Source: Verrucomicrobiota bacterium (GTDB lineage: Bacteria; Verrucomicrobiota; Verrucomicrobiia; Limisphaerales; JAEYXS01). Taken from it: a DNA stretch of 64,000 nt. The position numbers and the translations under genes were made by a program. Position 1 is the stretch's first letter. Every line of letters starts with the position of its first letter. Shown here in pieces: positions 49,884-58,705 of this stretch. The stretch is from contig JAEYXS010000078.1 of NCBI GenBank assembly GCA_023431185.1, forward strand, positions 43-64,042, in the 5' to 3' direction. The notes under the pieces were generated by a model that worked only from the letters and a program-made list of their open reading frames with translations, did no database searches and was not told the DNA's origin.

Positions 49884-51950
49884 ATGCGCACCTTGCTTGT
49901 CTTTTTGCTTTGGGCCGGCCCGTTGTTTACCTTGACTGCCCAGACCACTTGGCGCTGGAGCAATCCCCAGCCGCATGGGGCCAACGTGGTGGATATGACG
50001 GAGAAGCTGGGCGTGAAGATCCAGGTGGGTGAAGCTGGCCAGCTCTTCGCCTCGGAGGACATGCTGCTGTGGCAGGCCAAGCCGACCGGTGTCACCAATT
50101 CATTGCGCGCGGTGACTTTTCTGGGGCAGCGCTTGATCGTCACCGCCGAGCGCGGATTGATTCTTTATGCAGATTCTTTGGAAGAATTTTTTTCGGTGGA
50201 CTTGGGAACGGCGGACTGGCTGGAGGCAGTGACCGCTTCGGATCAAAGGGCAGTGGCCGTGGGGGACAATGGAGCGATCTATACAAGCACTGATGGTGTG
50301 GATTGGGGGGATCCGAAGAGTTTGCCGGGGAACAACAAGACCTGGTTGCGCGGGGTGGCTTATGGTGGCAGCACGTTTGTGGCGGTGGGTGAAGGCGGTT
50401 ATATCGCCACGGGCAACAATTCGGCGAGTTCATGGACCACACGGACCAGCGGTGTCACCGAACATTTGAATCGTGCCGCTTACATCGGCAGCAAATTTTG
50501 GGTCGTGGGGAACAACGGGCATATACTCTTCAGTCCCAACGGTACAGCGTGGACGAAGGTGACCAGCGTGAATGTCACCAACAACCTCTTCGCCGTTGCG
50601 GGAACCAACTCCACCATTCTGGTGGCGGGCGATCAGATCGCACTGTTGAGCGAGGATGATGGGGCCACCTGGAAGACGCAGACTGCCACTCCGGATGCTG
50701 CTCAACCGGCGCCGAAGTGGACTTACTACTCGGCCCTGCATACCGAAGGCATCTTCCTTTTGTCCGGTCGCAGCGGAATGACCTTGGAGGGTTTCAAGAC
50801 CAATGCGACGGCGCAAGTCTGGGTGGAGCGTAATGATTCCCACCGGCAATGGCTCTGGTCGGTGCAACGGTTCCCGGATTTTTATCTGGCTGTGGGGGAC
50901 CACGGTACGTTGCTGACCAGTGCGCGCGGGGTGAATTGGGAGCTGGAATTGACGCCTGATGCCGCCACCAATTCCATCTTGCTAGGTGTGGGCGGGACGA
51001 CGAACGGCGCGGTCGCGGTGGGCAACAAGGGCACCATCCTGTTCAGCCCCACGAATTTTGTCTCCGTGCTCTACACAAACCTGGACAGTACGGTGACCAG
51101 CAATTATGTCTCCACCCTCGGCACCTTCTGGCAGGCGGTGACACCGGCACCGGTGAGCGTGGATCTGCAAGGCGTGGCGTACAAGAACGGCATTTATGTC
51201 GTCTGCGGCGGCACCGGCACCATCCTGACCAGTCCGGATGGGACGAACTGGACTTCACGGCTTACACTGACCACGTCGTTCCTCTCCAGTGTGGCTGCGG
51301 GTCCAAGTCAGTTTGTAGCGGTGGGCAACAATGGCACCATCCTGACGAGCAGCGATGGCGTGGTGTGGCTGGCCAATTTGATCCCGCCCACTTCGCGCTG
51401 GCTTTTTAAGGTAAAGTATTTTGACGGCACCTTCATCGCCGTGGGTGAAAACGGCACCATCCTTACCAGTGAGACCGGATTGTTATGGGCCACGCGCAAC
51501 AGCGGCGTGACGAACTGGCTGAACGATGTCGAAAAAGTGAACGGGGAATATTTTGTGGCGGGCAATCAAGGCACGCTCCTGCGCAGCACCGATCTGGCCA
51601 CCTGGACACCCGGTAGTCTGCCCACAAAGAAATCACTTTTCGGCTTGGCATCGTTTGGCGGACAGCTTGTGGCCGCCGGTGTGGAAGGGGCGCTGTTGCG
51701 GATGCAACTGACGCCGGATGTGACGCCGGTAAAGTTCGTGGACTATGGCAAGGTGCTCAATCAGAGCCTGGTCCAGCTCTCTGGAAACACGGATCAAAAA
51801 TTCACGCTGGATACGAGTACCAATCTGGTTGACTGGGTGGAAGGCGTGACCTTTGAGATCGTGGACCGTTCAGGGACATTGTTGATCAAGCAGTCCACCG
51901 ACACCAACGCCACCAACCGGGAGTTTTACCGCGCCCGGATGGTGCCGTGA
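49884..51950 (+). CDS. Secreted multi-blade beta-propeller (Ycf48/BNR-like repeats) with a C-terminal tail domain
   Basis: ATG 49884 gives 'MRTLLVFLLWAGPLFTLTAQ'. There are 11-12 repeats of the form 'VAVG..G.ILTS.DG..W'. The tail is 'STNLVDWV...REFYRARMVP'. Confidence 0.8.
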   Translation: MRTLLVFLLWAGPLFTLTAQTTWRWSNPQPHGANVVDMTEKLGVKIQVGEAGQLFASEDMLLWQAKPTGVTNSLRAVTFLGQRLIVTAERGLILYADSLEEFFSVDLGTADWLEAVTASDQRAVAVGDNGAIYTSTDGVDWGDPKSLPGNNKTWLRGVAYGGSTFVAVGEGGYIATGNNSASSWTTRTSGVTEHLNRAAYIGSKFWVVGNNGHILFSPNGTAWTKVTSVNVTNNLFAVAGTNSTILVAGDQIALLSEDDGATWKTQTATPDAAQPAPKWTYYSALHTEGIFLLSGRSGMTLEGFKTNATAQVWVERNDSHRQWLWSVQRFPDFYLAVGDHGTLLTSARGVNWELELTPDAATNSILLGVGGTTNGAVAVGNKGTILFSPTNFVSVLYTNLDSTVTSNYVSTLGTFWQAVTPAPVSVDLQGVAYKNGIYVVCGGTGTILTSPDGTNWTSRLTLTTSFLSSVAAGPSQFVAVGNNGTILTSSDGVVWLANLIPPTSRWLFKVKYFDGTFIAVGENGTILTSETGLLWATRNSGVTNWLNDVEKVNGEYFVAGNQGTLLRSTDLATWTPGSLPTKKSLFGLASFGGQLVAAGVEGALLRMQLTPDVTPVKFVDYGKVLNQSLVQLSGNTDQKFTLDTSTNLVDWVEGVTFEIVDRSGTLLIKQSTDTNATNREFYRARMVP

Positions 51951-52074
51951 CAGTTTTCCCAGTTTTTATACCCCGGACATGGCCCGGTATTTTTTTCCGC
52001 AGCCAGATTTTATAACGGAAGGCTGTTGCATTTTGTGACAAGATGCTATTTTCTGCCGCCGTCAACACTTCAAC

Positions 52075-52737
52075 ATGACCATGCAAACTGGCAAAGCGAT
52101 GATTCGTATTCTGATTGCAGATGATCACCATGTGGTTCGTGTCGGGCTCCGTGCCATGTTCAGCCGGTTTCCGGCCATTGAAGTGGTGGGTGTCGCTGAA
52201 AATGGGGAACAGGCCGTGATCGAGGCGCAGCGCCTGAAGCCGGATGTCGTTTTGCTGGATGTGCGGATGACAGATGGTTCCTCCTTTGATGCCTGCCGAA
52301 AAATATTGGCCACGGTGGAATCAACGCATGTGATTTTTCTGACATCCTTCGCGGATGATAACACGGTTTTTGATGCGATTTCGGCCGGTGCCGACGGGTA
52401 TTTATTGAAAGATGTCGCTGAGCAGGAACTGGTGAATGCGATCACCCAAGTGGCGGAAGGCCGGTCTATTCTGGATCCTTCCGTGACGCGCCGGGTGTTG
52501 GGCCGGGTGAAGGCCGGAACCGAATCTCCCGCGCCCGCGGGGCTGGAGGTTCTCTCCGCCCAAGAGCGCCGTGTGCTGGCGTTGGTGGCGGAAGGCAAGA
52601 CCAACAAGGAAATCGCGATGGTCATGGGCCTAAGCGACAAGACCGTGAAGAATTACCTGAGCAATTTGCTCGACAAGTTGAATCTCTCCCGCCGATCACA
52701 GGCCGCTGCCTTCTTCGTGCAGCACACTATTAAATAG
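52075..52737 (+). CDS. NarL/LuxR-family response regulator
   Basis: Receiver 'ILIADDHHVVR...VLLDVRMTDG...K'. LuxR HTH 'LSAQERRVLALVAEGKTNKEIAMVMGLSDKTVKNYLSNLLDKL'. Confidence 0.9.
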   Translation: MTMQTGKAMIRILIADDHHVVRVGLRAMFSRFPAIEVVGVAENGEQAVIEAQRLKPDVVLLDVRMTDGSSFDACRKILATVESTHVIFLTSFADDNTVFDAISAGADGYLLKDVAEQELVNAITQVAEGRSILDPSVTRRVLGRVKAGTESPAPAGLEVLSAQERRVLALVAEGKTNKEIAMVMGLSDKTVKNYLSNLLDKLNLSRRSQAAAFFVQHTIK

Positions 52738-52830
52738 AGCTATATAGCCCTATATAATTAGGGCCTTATTATTGGTCCTTACGGCACTGTTTAATACGGT
52801 GCCATTTCCCTTAATCTCAAGGCAATAGAG

Positions 52831-52846
52831 TGGCATTGCCGCTGCT
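52831..52846 (+). promoter_or_regulatory. Candidate sigma-54 (-24/-12) promoter
   Basis: TGGCATTGCCGCTGCT fits TGGCAC-N5-TTGCW, with GG and GC correctly spaced, about 65 nt upstream of ATG 52910. Confidence 0.45.
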
Positions 52847-52909
52847 TCTATATCTATTACGTGAATGCGCAATGGATAGGGACAAGTTCAGGCGCAAACA
52901 TTCGCAGCC

Positions 52910-53422
52910 ATGAGATTTTCAATAACAAGCAGGAGCCGAAGCAACACGAAGCGAGCTTTTACACTTATTGAAGTGATGATCTCCATGGCGGTGGTGGCGA
53001 TGATGTTCGTTTCGCTTTATGCGGGGATCACACAGGGGCTGGCGGTGATTTCGACGGCCCGTGAGAACATGCGGGCCACCCAGATCATGATCGAAAAGAT
53101 AGAGCTGTTGCGGCTCTATTCATGGGACCAAATGAACACGGCTGGGTTTATCCCTGCGGCCTTTGCTGAACGGCTTATGCCCAGTAATGCCACCAATTCT
53201 TCTACTACAGCTTCAACGGTCGCGGGCTTGGCCACCCCCAGCGGTTCGGGTACGATTTTTGTGGGGACCATCCAGTTGGGAGCGGCTCCGGTGAATGATG
53301 GTTACACCAGTGCCATGCGGCAGGCCACACTCACGGTCACCTGGACCAACGGCAACATCCGCCGCAGCCGGAGCATGCAAACCCTCGTCGCCCAACGGGG
53401 CATCCACGATTATGTATATTGA
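52910..53422 (+). CDS. Prepilin-type N-terminal domain protein (pseudopilin)
   Basis: 'KRAFTLIEVMISMAVVAMMFVSLYAG'. Alignable with 44909..45364 ('AREN.RATQ.M.EK.E..RLYSWDQ.NT.GF'). Confidence 0.8.
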   Translation: MRFSITSRSRSNTKRAFTLIEVMISMAVVAMMFVSLYAGITQGLAVISTARENMRATQIMIEKIELLRLYSWDQMNTAGFIPAAFAERLMPSNATNSSTTASTVAGLATPSGSGTIFVGTIQLGAAPVNDGYTSAMRQATLTVTWTNGNIRRSRSMQTLVAQRGIHDYVY

Positions 53423-53948
53423 GCTCAAACGTCGCCGGGCTTTGGCCATGACACTGGTGGAGATGCTGATTGCTGTGGGTATCGGCAGCGTGGTGATGGC
53501 GGCGGTGGCTTCCCTGTCGTTCTACACGGCCCGCAGCATGGCGGCGATGTCCAATTATGCGGACCTCGACCGGCAGAGCCGCAATGCACTTGACCAGATG
53601 ACATTGAAGATCCGCTCGGCCAGCCGGCTGACTTCCTTCAACACCACCAACGTCACTTTTCTGTATAATGGCCAGACGCTGACGTACAGCTATTCGTCGG
53701 GCACCAAGCGCCTGACCGAAACTTTGGGAACCCAGGCCAGTGTCTTGCTGGAGGATTGCAATCAGCTTCAGTTCAGCATGTTTCAACGGAATGTGATCAG
53801 CAATTCCTTCAACCAGTACACGACCACGACGACGAATGACGCCAAATCCATCATCGTCACTTGGACGTGTTCCCGGTCGCTTTTGGGCAACTTGATCAAT
53901 TCGGAAAGCGTGCAATCCGCCCGCATTGTGATCCGCAATAACCCTTAG
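53412..53948 (+). CDS. Prepilin-type N-terminal domain protein (PulJ/PilW-like)
   Basis: ATG 53412 (11-nt overlap with the upstream gene). 'RRALAMTLVEMLIAVGIGSVVMAAV'. Confidence 0.75.
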   Translation: MYIELKRRRALAMTLVEMLIAVGIGSVVMAAVASLSFYTARSMAAMSNYADLDRQSRNALDQMTLKIRSASRLTSFNTTNVTFLYNGQTLTYSYSSGTKRLTETLGTQASVLLEDCNQLQFSMFQRNVISNSFNQYTTTTTNDAKSIIVTWTCSRSLLGNLINSESVQSARIVIRNNP

Positions 53949-53953
53949 AATTT

Positions 53954-55567
53954 ATGATTATCAGGCGTTCCTCCCGCGAGCAGGGCAGCATGCTCATAAT
54001 GACGGTGGTGATCTCTGGCATCATCGGTCTCACTCTGGCCAGTTACCTGTCCATGGTGCAGGCGCAGCATCTGAACGTGATGCGTTCGCAAACGTGGAAC
54101 GCGGCCATCCCGGCCTGCGAATCCGGGATTGAAGAAGCTTTGGCGCACTTGAACAGCATCGGTGATGCGGATCGGGCCACCAATGGCTGGGTGCTCTCCA
54201 CCGGCACTTACAACAAGACCAACACGGTCGGTGGCGCCCGGTATGAGGTGAGCATCTCTTCCGCCAATCCACCGGTGGTGACGAGTTATGGTTATGTGGC
54301 GGCTCCTTTGGGCAAAGGCGAGGTGAGCCGGGCGGTCCGGGTCACGACAACGCGGGAGACGAGCGGCATGAAAGGTTTGGTGGCCAAGGGCAGCATCACG
54401 TTGGGGCCAGGCAGTGTGGTGGACAGTTATGATTCGCGGATCACATTTACATACAACGCCGCCACCGCGAACTCCAATGCTTTCGTGGGCGCGGTAGGCG
54501 GTAATATCAGTGGCGGCAGCATCATCAAAGGGGACGTGGCCACAGGGCCGGGTTATACCATCAGTTCTCCGCATACGGGCAGCTCGGCGAATGACCTGAG
54601 CATGTCCTTTCCGCCGGTGAGCGCGCCGTTTGCGAGCGGTTTCACACCAGGCCCGGGCACGGTCACGGTCACGAATTTCAGTGTGGGCAGCTCCACCATC
54701 ATCACGAATGTGGTGCCAAGTCCTTTCCCGGCCAGCGGCGTGATCACGAACACTGGTTCCTTCACGAACACGTCGCCGCCGGCTTCGGGTGCCTACACCA
54801 CGCAAACATCGTCGACGAATACGACCTCGTGGCCCGGTGCCTCGGTGGGCACCATCACGACCAATGTCACGGCCATCACCGGAGCAAAGGATTTTCCGGC
54901 AGCCGGCACGTATATGGGCAGCGTTACGACCACGACCACACCGACCCGTTATCATTACAACCGGATCGACAGTTATTCCTATTCGATCACGCGCTATGTG
55001 TATACGACCCAGACGTACACCTATTCCACGTCCACCACCAACGCCATCAGCACCACGACTTCATCGTATGACTATGTATTGGACACGGGGAACTACAAAA
55101 CGACCTCCATCAGCATGAGCGGCCAGGCGGAAATGCTGGTGAAAGGAGATGCCGTGCTTTGGGTGACGGACAGTTTTACCAGTTCAGGCAATGCGCGCAT
55201 CACCATCCTGCCGGGGGCCAGTCTGCAACTTTATGTGGGGGATGGTTCTGGCACCGGGTCGGAAATTAAGATTTCCGGCAACGGAGTCCTGAACATGGCC
55301 GGGGACACGGAGAAAATGAGCATCTTCGGCCTGAATGACTGCACCGTGGTCAAGATGGCTGGCAATGGGGCTTACGTAGGCACGGTTTACGCACCCAATG
55401 CACAGTTGCAGGGCAAAGGTGGCGGCAACGATGTGGATGATTTCCAAGGTGCCGCCATTGTGGGCAGTGTCAGTTACAACGGCCATTTCAACTTCCACTA
55501 CGATGAGAAGCTGGGTGACAACGGCGGGCTGACAGAATGGAAGATCGCCTCTTGGACGGAGTTTTAG
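53954..55567 (+). CDS. PilX-N-like pilus/pseudopilus-associated protein, Thr/Ser-rich
   Basis: 'GSMLIMTVVISGIIGLTLASYL', 'RSQTWNAAIPACESGIEEALAHL', long T/S-rich middle, and the ending 'NFHYDEKLG...SWTEF'. Confidence 0.75.
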   Translation: MIIRRSSREQGSMLIMTVVISGIIGLTLASYLSMVQAQHLNVMRSQTWNAAIPACESGIEEALAHLNSIGDADRATNGWVLSTGTYNKTNTVGGARYEVSISSANPPVVTSYGYVAAPLGKGEVSRAVRVTTTRETSGMKGLVAKGSITLGPGSVVDSYDSRITFTYNAATANSNAFVGAVGGNISGGSIIKGDVATGPGYTISSPHTGSSANDLSMSFPPVSAPFASGFTPGPGTVTVTNFSVGSSTIITNVVPSPFPASGVITNTGSFTNTSPPASGAYTTQTSSTNTTSWPGASVGTITTNVTAITGAKDFPAAGTYMGSVTTTTTPTRYHYNRIDSYSYSITRYVYTTQTYTYSTSTTNAISTTTSSYDYVLDTGNYKTTSISMSGQAEMLVKGDAVLWVTDSFTSSGNARITILPGASLQLYVGDGSGTGSEIKISGNGVLNMAGDTEKMSIFGLNDCTVVKMAGNGAYVGTVYAPNAQLQGKGGGNDVDDFQGAAIVGSVSYNGHFNFHYDEKLGDNGGLTEWKIASWTEF

Positions 55568-55649
55568 AGCGGTGACAGTATTTTTAGAACTTTCCCAGGT
55601 GCTGCTGGGGTTCGGTTCAACCGCGTGCGAGTTTTTTATTGCCGATCGT

Positions 55650-57323
55650 TCATTCCGTCATTTGCCTGCGATGCAGCAGTATCCAGCCAGATTCGACTGC
55701 AGGCTGGGCCGAGGGAAGTGGCGTGAAGCTCTCATGTAGAGTTTTGGCGATGTCTGCCCCGGCCACTTCCCCGATCCACTCCCACTTGCTGCCGTTTGCT
55801 GAGGTGGCTGGCCGTATCTGGACCAGCACCAAGTCGGTGAGGGCGAGCAGCTTGGCGAACTGTGCATTGTCCGTAGGGCGGCGGATGATGGCGTGACTGA
55901 AGAAGATGTTGTGCGGGCGATGCGGTTCTTGTGCGACGACATACCATCCACCGCCGCCCCATGTGCCCATGATCAGGGAGCGAGGTCTGGGTGAGGATTG
56001 CGCTTCTTTCAAAGCCTGTTGGATCAGCAACCCGCGGGCTTCATCCTTGGTTGTAATGATGGGGCCGAAGAGGGTGTCGAGCCGGGTCAATTCCTGAAGA
56101 GGAGGGCTATGCCTGAGTTCTTGGATGATCCGGTTGGCTGGTCCGGCATGAACCAGCAAGAGGAGGGAAAGCCCCAGCCAAGGCAGGCGGTGCAGGATGG
56201 CCAAGGCCAGTGGCAGCAGCACCCATTGATATTGGAAGAAGTGCCATTCATGGCCGAAGTAGCCGAATTTAGGCAAAGCCGCGAGCAAGTAAAACGACGT
56301 GCCTACAGCTGCTTGGAAGAGCAGAAGTTCCGCAGGTTGCAGTTGAGCTCTTTGCCCGCGCCGCCGGCGCAGGCCGGCGGCTACGAGCCAGGGCAGCGGT
56401 GCGATAAGCGCCAGGATGGGCAGGATGACGGTCACGAAGTGGCGGGGATTGGCCCAGAGAGTCAGCCAAGTGCGTTGATATTCATCAGCGACGTAGAGCG
56501 GCCAGGCAGAGCGCCAGCCTTGCTCTGTGCCGAAGCACAGCACGAACAGGAAGCACCGCAACGCCTCCAGCAGCACAACGCCAACACCGGTCACCATCCA
56601 CCATCTCAACCAGGGGCGTAACAGTCCGGTCCGTCTTTGCAGCCCCAGCCAAAACACATCCATCAGGCCGTACGCGGCAAGGCCGATGAAGGCGCCGCCA
56701 ACTTTCACGGTTTGCCATGTCAGGAAGAGGAGGGCCAAACCGGCCGCGGATTTCACGGGCCTTCCTTCTGGTGGACGCCAGAGAATCATCAGGCCCAGCA
56801 GGCAGAGCCGTTCAAAGGTCAGATACTCGAAATTTGCCGAAGGTGAAGCGATAAGATGAAGATAAGGCGTGCGGACGAAAGTCAAAACCCCCAAGGCCAG
56901 AGCAATTGCTGAGACGGTGCTACGCCGCGTGGCGTGCCCGGTAGTCCACCAGAAGAGCAGCGCGATCAGTAGCAAGGTGAGCAAGTTTTGGAAGAGCACA
57001 TTGGCTGGGATGGAGTTCCCGGCGATCAAGGTGAAACCATGCCAGATCCAGATGGGCAGGGGGCCATACTGGCAATCTATATCGCGGTAGAGGGCCTTGC
57101 CTGAATGAAGCTGGTCAGCGCGAAAGAGTTGGTTGCCATTCTCACCCAAAATCCAATCCGGACTGTAGGTGGCTTCGGGCAAGGCCACGTTCAAACCCCA
57201 GAGTCCCAGGCAAATACCAATGAGCAACAGGCACAGCACCCAACCCCGATAGCGCGAGGTGACTGGGCGGTCCATCGCGCTGGGAGCGAGGGCATCGGGA
57301 TTTGGATCGGTGGTATGGGACAT
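55650..57323 (-). CDS. Polytopic integral membrane protein, possibly a GT-C (ArnT/PMT-like) glycosyltransferase
   Basis: ATG start. More than 10 hydrophobic segments and a C-terminal soluble ~150 aa. The family assignment is only a resemblance. Confidence 0.6.
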   Translation of the reverse strand: MSHTTDPNPDALAPSAMDRPVTSRYRGWVLCLLLIGICLGLWGLNVALPEATYSPDWILGENGNQLFRADQLHSGKALYRDIDCQYGPLPIWIWHGFTLIAGNSIPANVLFQNLLTLLLIALLFWWTTGHATRRSTVSAIALALGVLTFVRTPYLHLIASPSANFEYLTFERLCLLGLMILWRPPEGRPVKSAAGLALLFLTWQTVKVGGAFIGLAAYGLMDVFWLGLQRRTGLLRPWLRWWMVTGVGVVLLEALRCFLFVLCFGTEQGWRSAWPLYVADEYQRTWLTLWANPRHFVTVILPILALIAPLPWLVAAGLRRRRGQRAQLQPAELLLFQAAVGTSFYLLAALPKFGYFGHEWHFFQYQWVLLPLALAILHRLPWLGLSLLLLVHAGPANRIIQELRHSPPLQELTRLDTLFGPIITTKDEARGLLIQQALKEAQSSPRPRSLIMGTWGGGGWYVVAQEPHRPHNIFFSHAIIRRPTDNAQFAKLLALTDLVLVQIRPATSANGSKWEWIGEVAGADIAKTLHESFTPLPSAQPAVESGWILLHRRQMTE

Positions 57324-57414
57324 GGATTGAAGAAGCCGGCTTCCGCAATGGCTGCTGCCGCTTCAACGCGCACCACTGTAATACCGGGCACCGAGGTGAC
57401 CAACTGCAATGTGC

Positions 57415-58491
57415 CTAAAATCGAAACAACTCCAACTGTTGGCCTTGGGGGCGCCGGAAATGTTCGGTGGTCAGGTGGGTGCGCTCGCGGTTGAAGCCGT
57501 ATTTGTGGCAGGCCACGGTGAACAGTTGCTCGATCTGCTCGGCAAAGATGCCCTCGCCGGACATGCGCTTGCCGAACTCGGCGTCATACAGCTTGCCACC
57601 GCGGATGGCGCGGATGCGGTTGAGCACTTTTTCTTTGCGATCGGGGAAATGGCGCGTGAGCCAGTCTTCAAAGAGGTCTTTCTGCTGGTAGGGCAGACGC
57701 AGGACGACATGGCCGGCGTGTCGTGCTCCGGCTTCGGAAGCGGCTTTGAGCAATTGCGGGATCTCGTGGTCGTTCAGGCCGGGGATGATAGGCGCGGTCA
57801 TGACACCAACTGGGATTCCGGCACTGCTGAGCTTCTGCATCGTATCGAGGCGGTCGCGTGGCGAAGCGGTGCGCGGCTCCATCACACGGCGGAGATCGGT
57901 GTCCAGCGTGGTGAGGGAGATGAAGACCATCGCGCAATTATGCCGCGCGAGTTCCTGCAACACATCAATGTCCCGAGCGACGAGGGCGTTTTTGGTGACG
58001 ATACCGACGGGGTTGCGACATTCCGCGAGGACTTCGAGGCAGCCACGGGTGATCTTCAGCTTGCGCTCCACGGGCTGGTAGCAATCCGTCACACCGCTGA
58101 TGGCGAGGCATTGCGGCTTCCACTTGGGCTTGGCGAGTTCTTCACGAAGCAGGTCCGGGGCATTCAGCTTCACCATGATCTTGCTCTCGAAATCGAGGCC
58201 GGAGGAAAAGCCGAGGTATTCGTGCGTGGGGCGCGCGTAACAATAGATGCAGCCATGCTCGCAACCGCGATAGGGATTAACGCTGGCGCTGAAACCGATG
58301 TCCGGGCTGTCGTTGTAGGCGATAATGGTCTTGGAATGATCTACGAGGAACTGCGTGCGGAGCAGATGATCATCCTCTGGATTCCATTCCTCATCGCGCT
58401 CCAGGTGGATGTGCTCAAAGCGGTTCGTCGGGTTGCCAGAGGCACCGCGCACGAGCCGTTTCTCCGCACTGAGCTGGGACGGAATCGCCAC
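57415..58491 (-). CDS. Radical SAM protein (PA0069 / SplB-like family)
   Basis: GTG start. 'NPYRGCEHGCIYCYAR' (CxxxCxxC). N-terminal 'GASGNPTNRFE'. Confidence 0.85.
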   Translation of the reverse strand: MAIPSQLSAEKRLVRGASGNPTNRFEHIHLERDEEWNPEDDHLLRTQFLVDHSKTIIAYNDSPDIGFSASVNPYRGCEHGCIYCYARPTHEYLGFSSGLDFESKIMVKLNAPDLLREELAKPKWKPQCLAISGVTDCYQPVERKLKITRGCLEVLAECRNPVGIVTKNALVARDIDVLQELARHNCAMVFISLTTLDTDLRRVMEPRTASPRDRLDTMQKLSSAGIPVGVMTAPIIPGLNDHEIPQLLKAASEAGARHAGHVVLRLPYQQKDLFEDWLTRHFPDRKEKVLNRIRAIRGGKLYDAEFGKRMSGEGIFAEQIEQLFTVACHKYGFNRERTHLTTEHFRRPQGQQLELFRF

Positions 58492-58629
58492 ACCGGCAGT
58501 TTCGCATCATCGGCGGCATCCGCAATGAGGAGATGTTCACAAAATGAATTGAGAACGCTAATGGCGGAGCAGGCTTGACCGTGAAGGCGTAAGGCCGCAG
58601 TTTTTGCGGGCTGCGGTGTGATTTGCTTT

Positions 58630-58705
58630 GTCTCCATAGCTCAAATGGATAGAGCAGCGGTTTCCTAAACCGTTGATCCAGGTTCAATTCCTGGTGGGGA
58701 CACCA
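58630..58705 (+). tRNA. tRNA-Arg (anticodon CCT), with encoded CCA
   Basis: Cloverleaf folded by hand: acceptor GTCTCCA/TGGGGAC, D stem GCTC/GAGC, anticodon stem GCGGT/ACCGT with loop TTCCTAA, T stem CCAGG/CCTGG with loop TTCAATT, discriminator A, then CCA. Confidence 0.9.

Noticed and set aside
51970-52000. CCGG/CCGG 4-bp hairpin plus T-run after the propeller gene, considered as a terminator.
   Set aside because: The stem is too short to support a terminator call.
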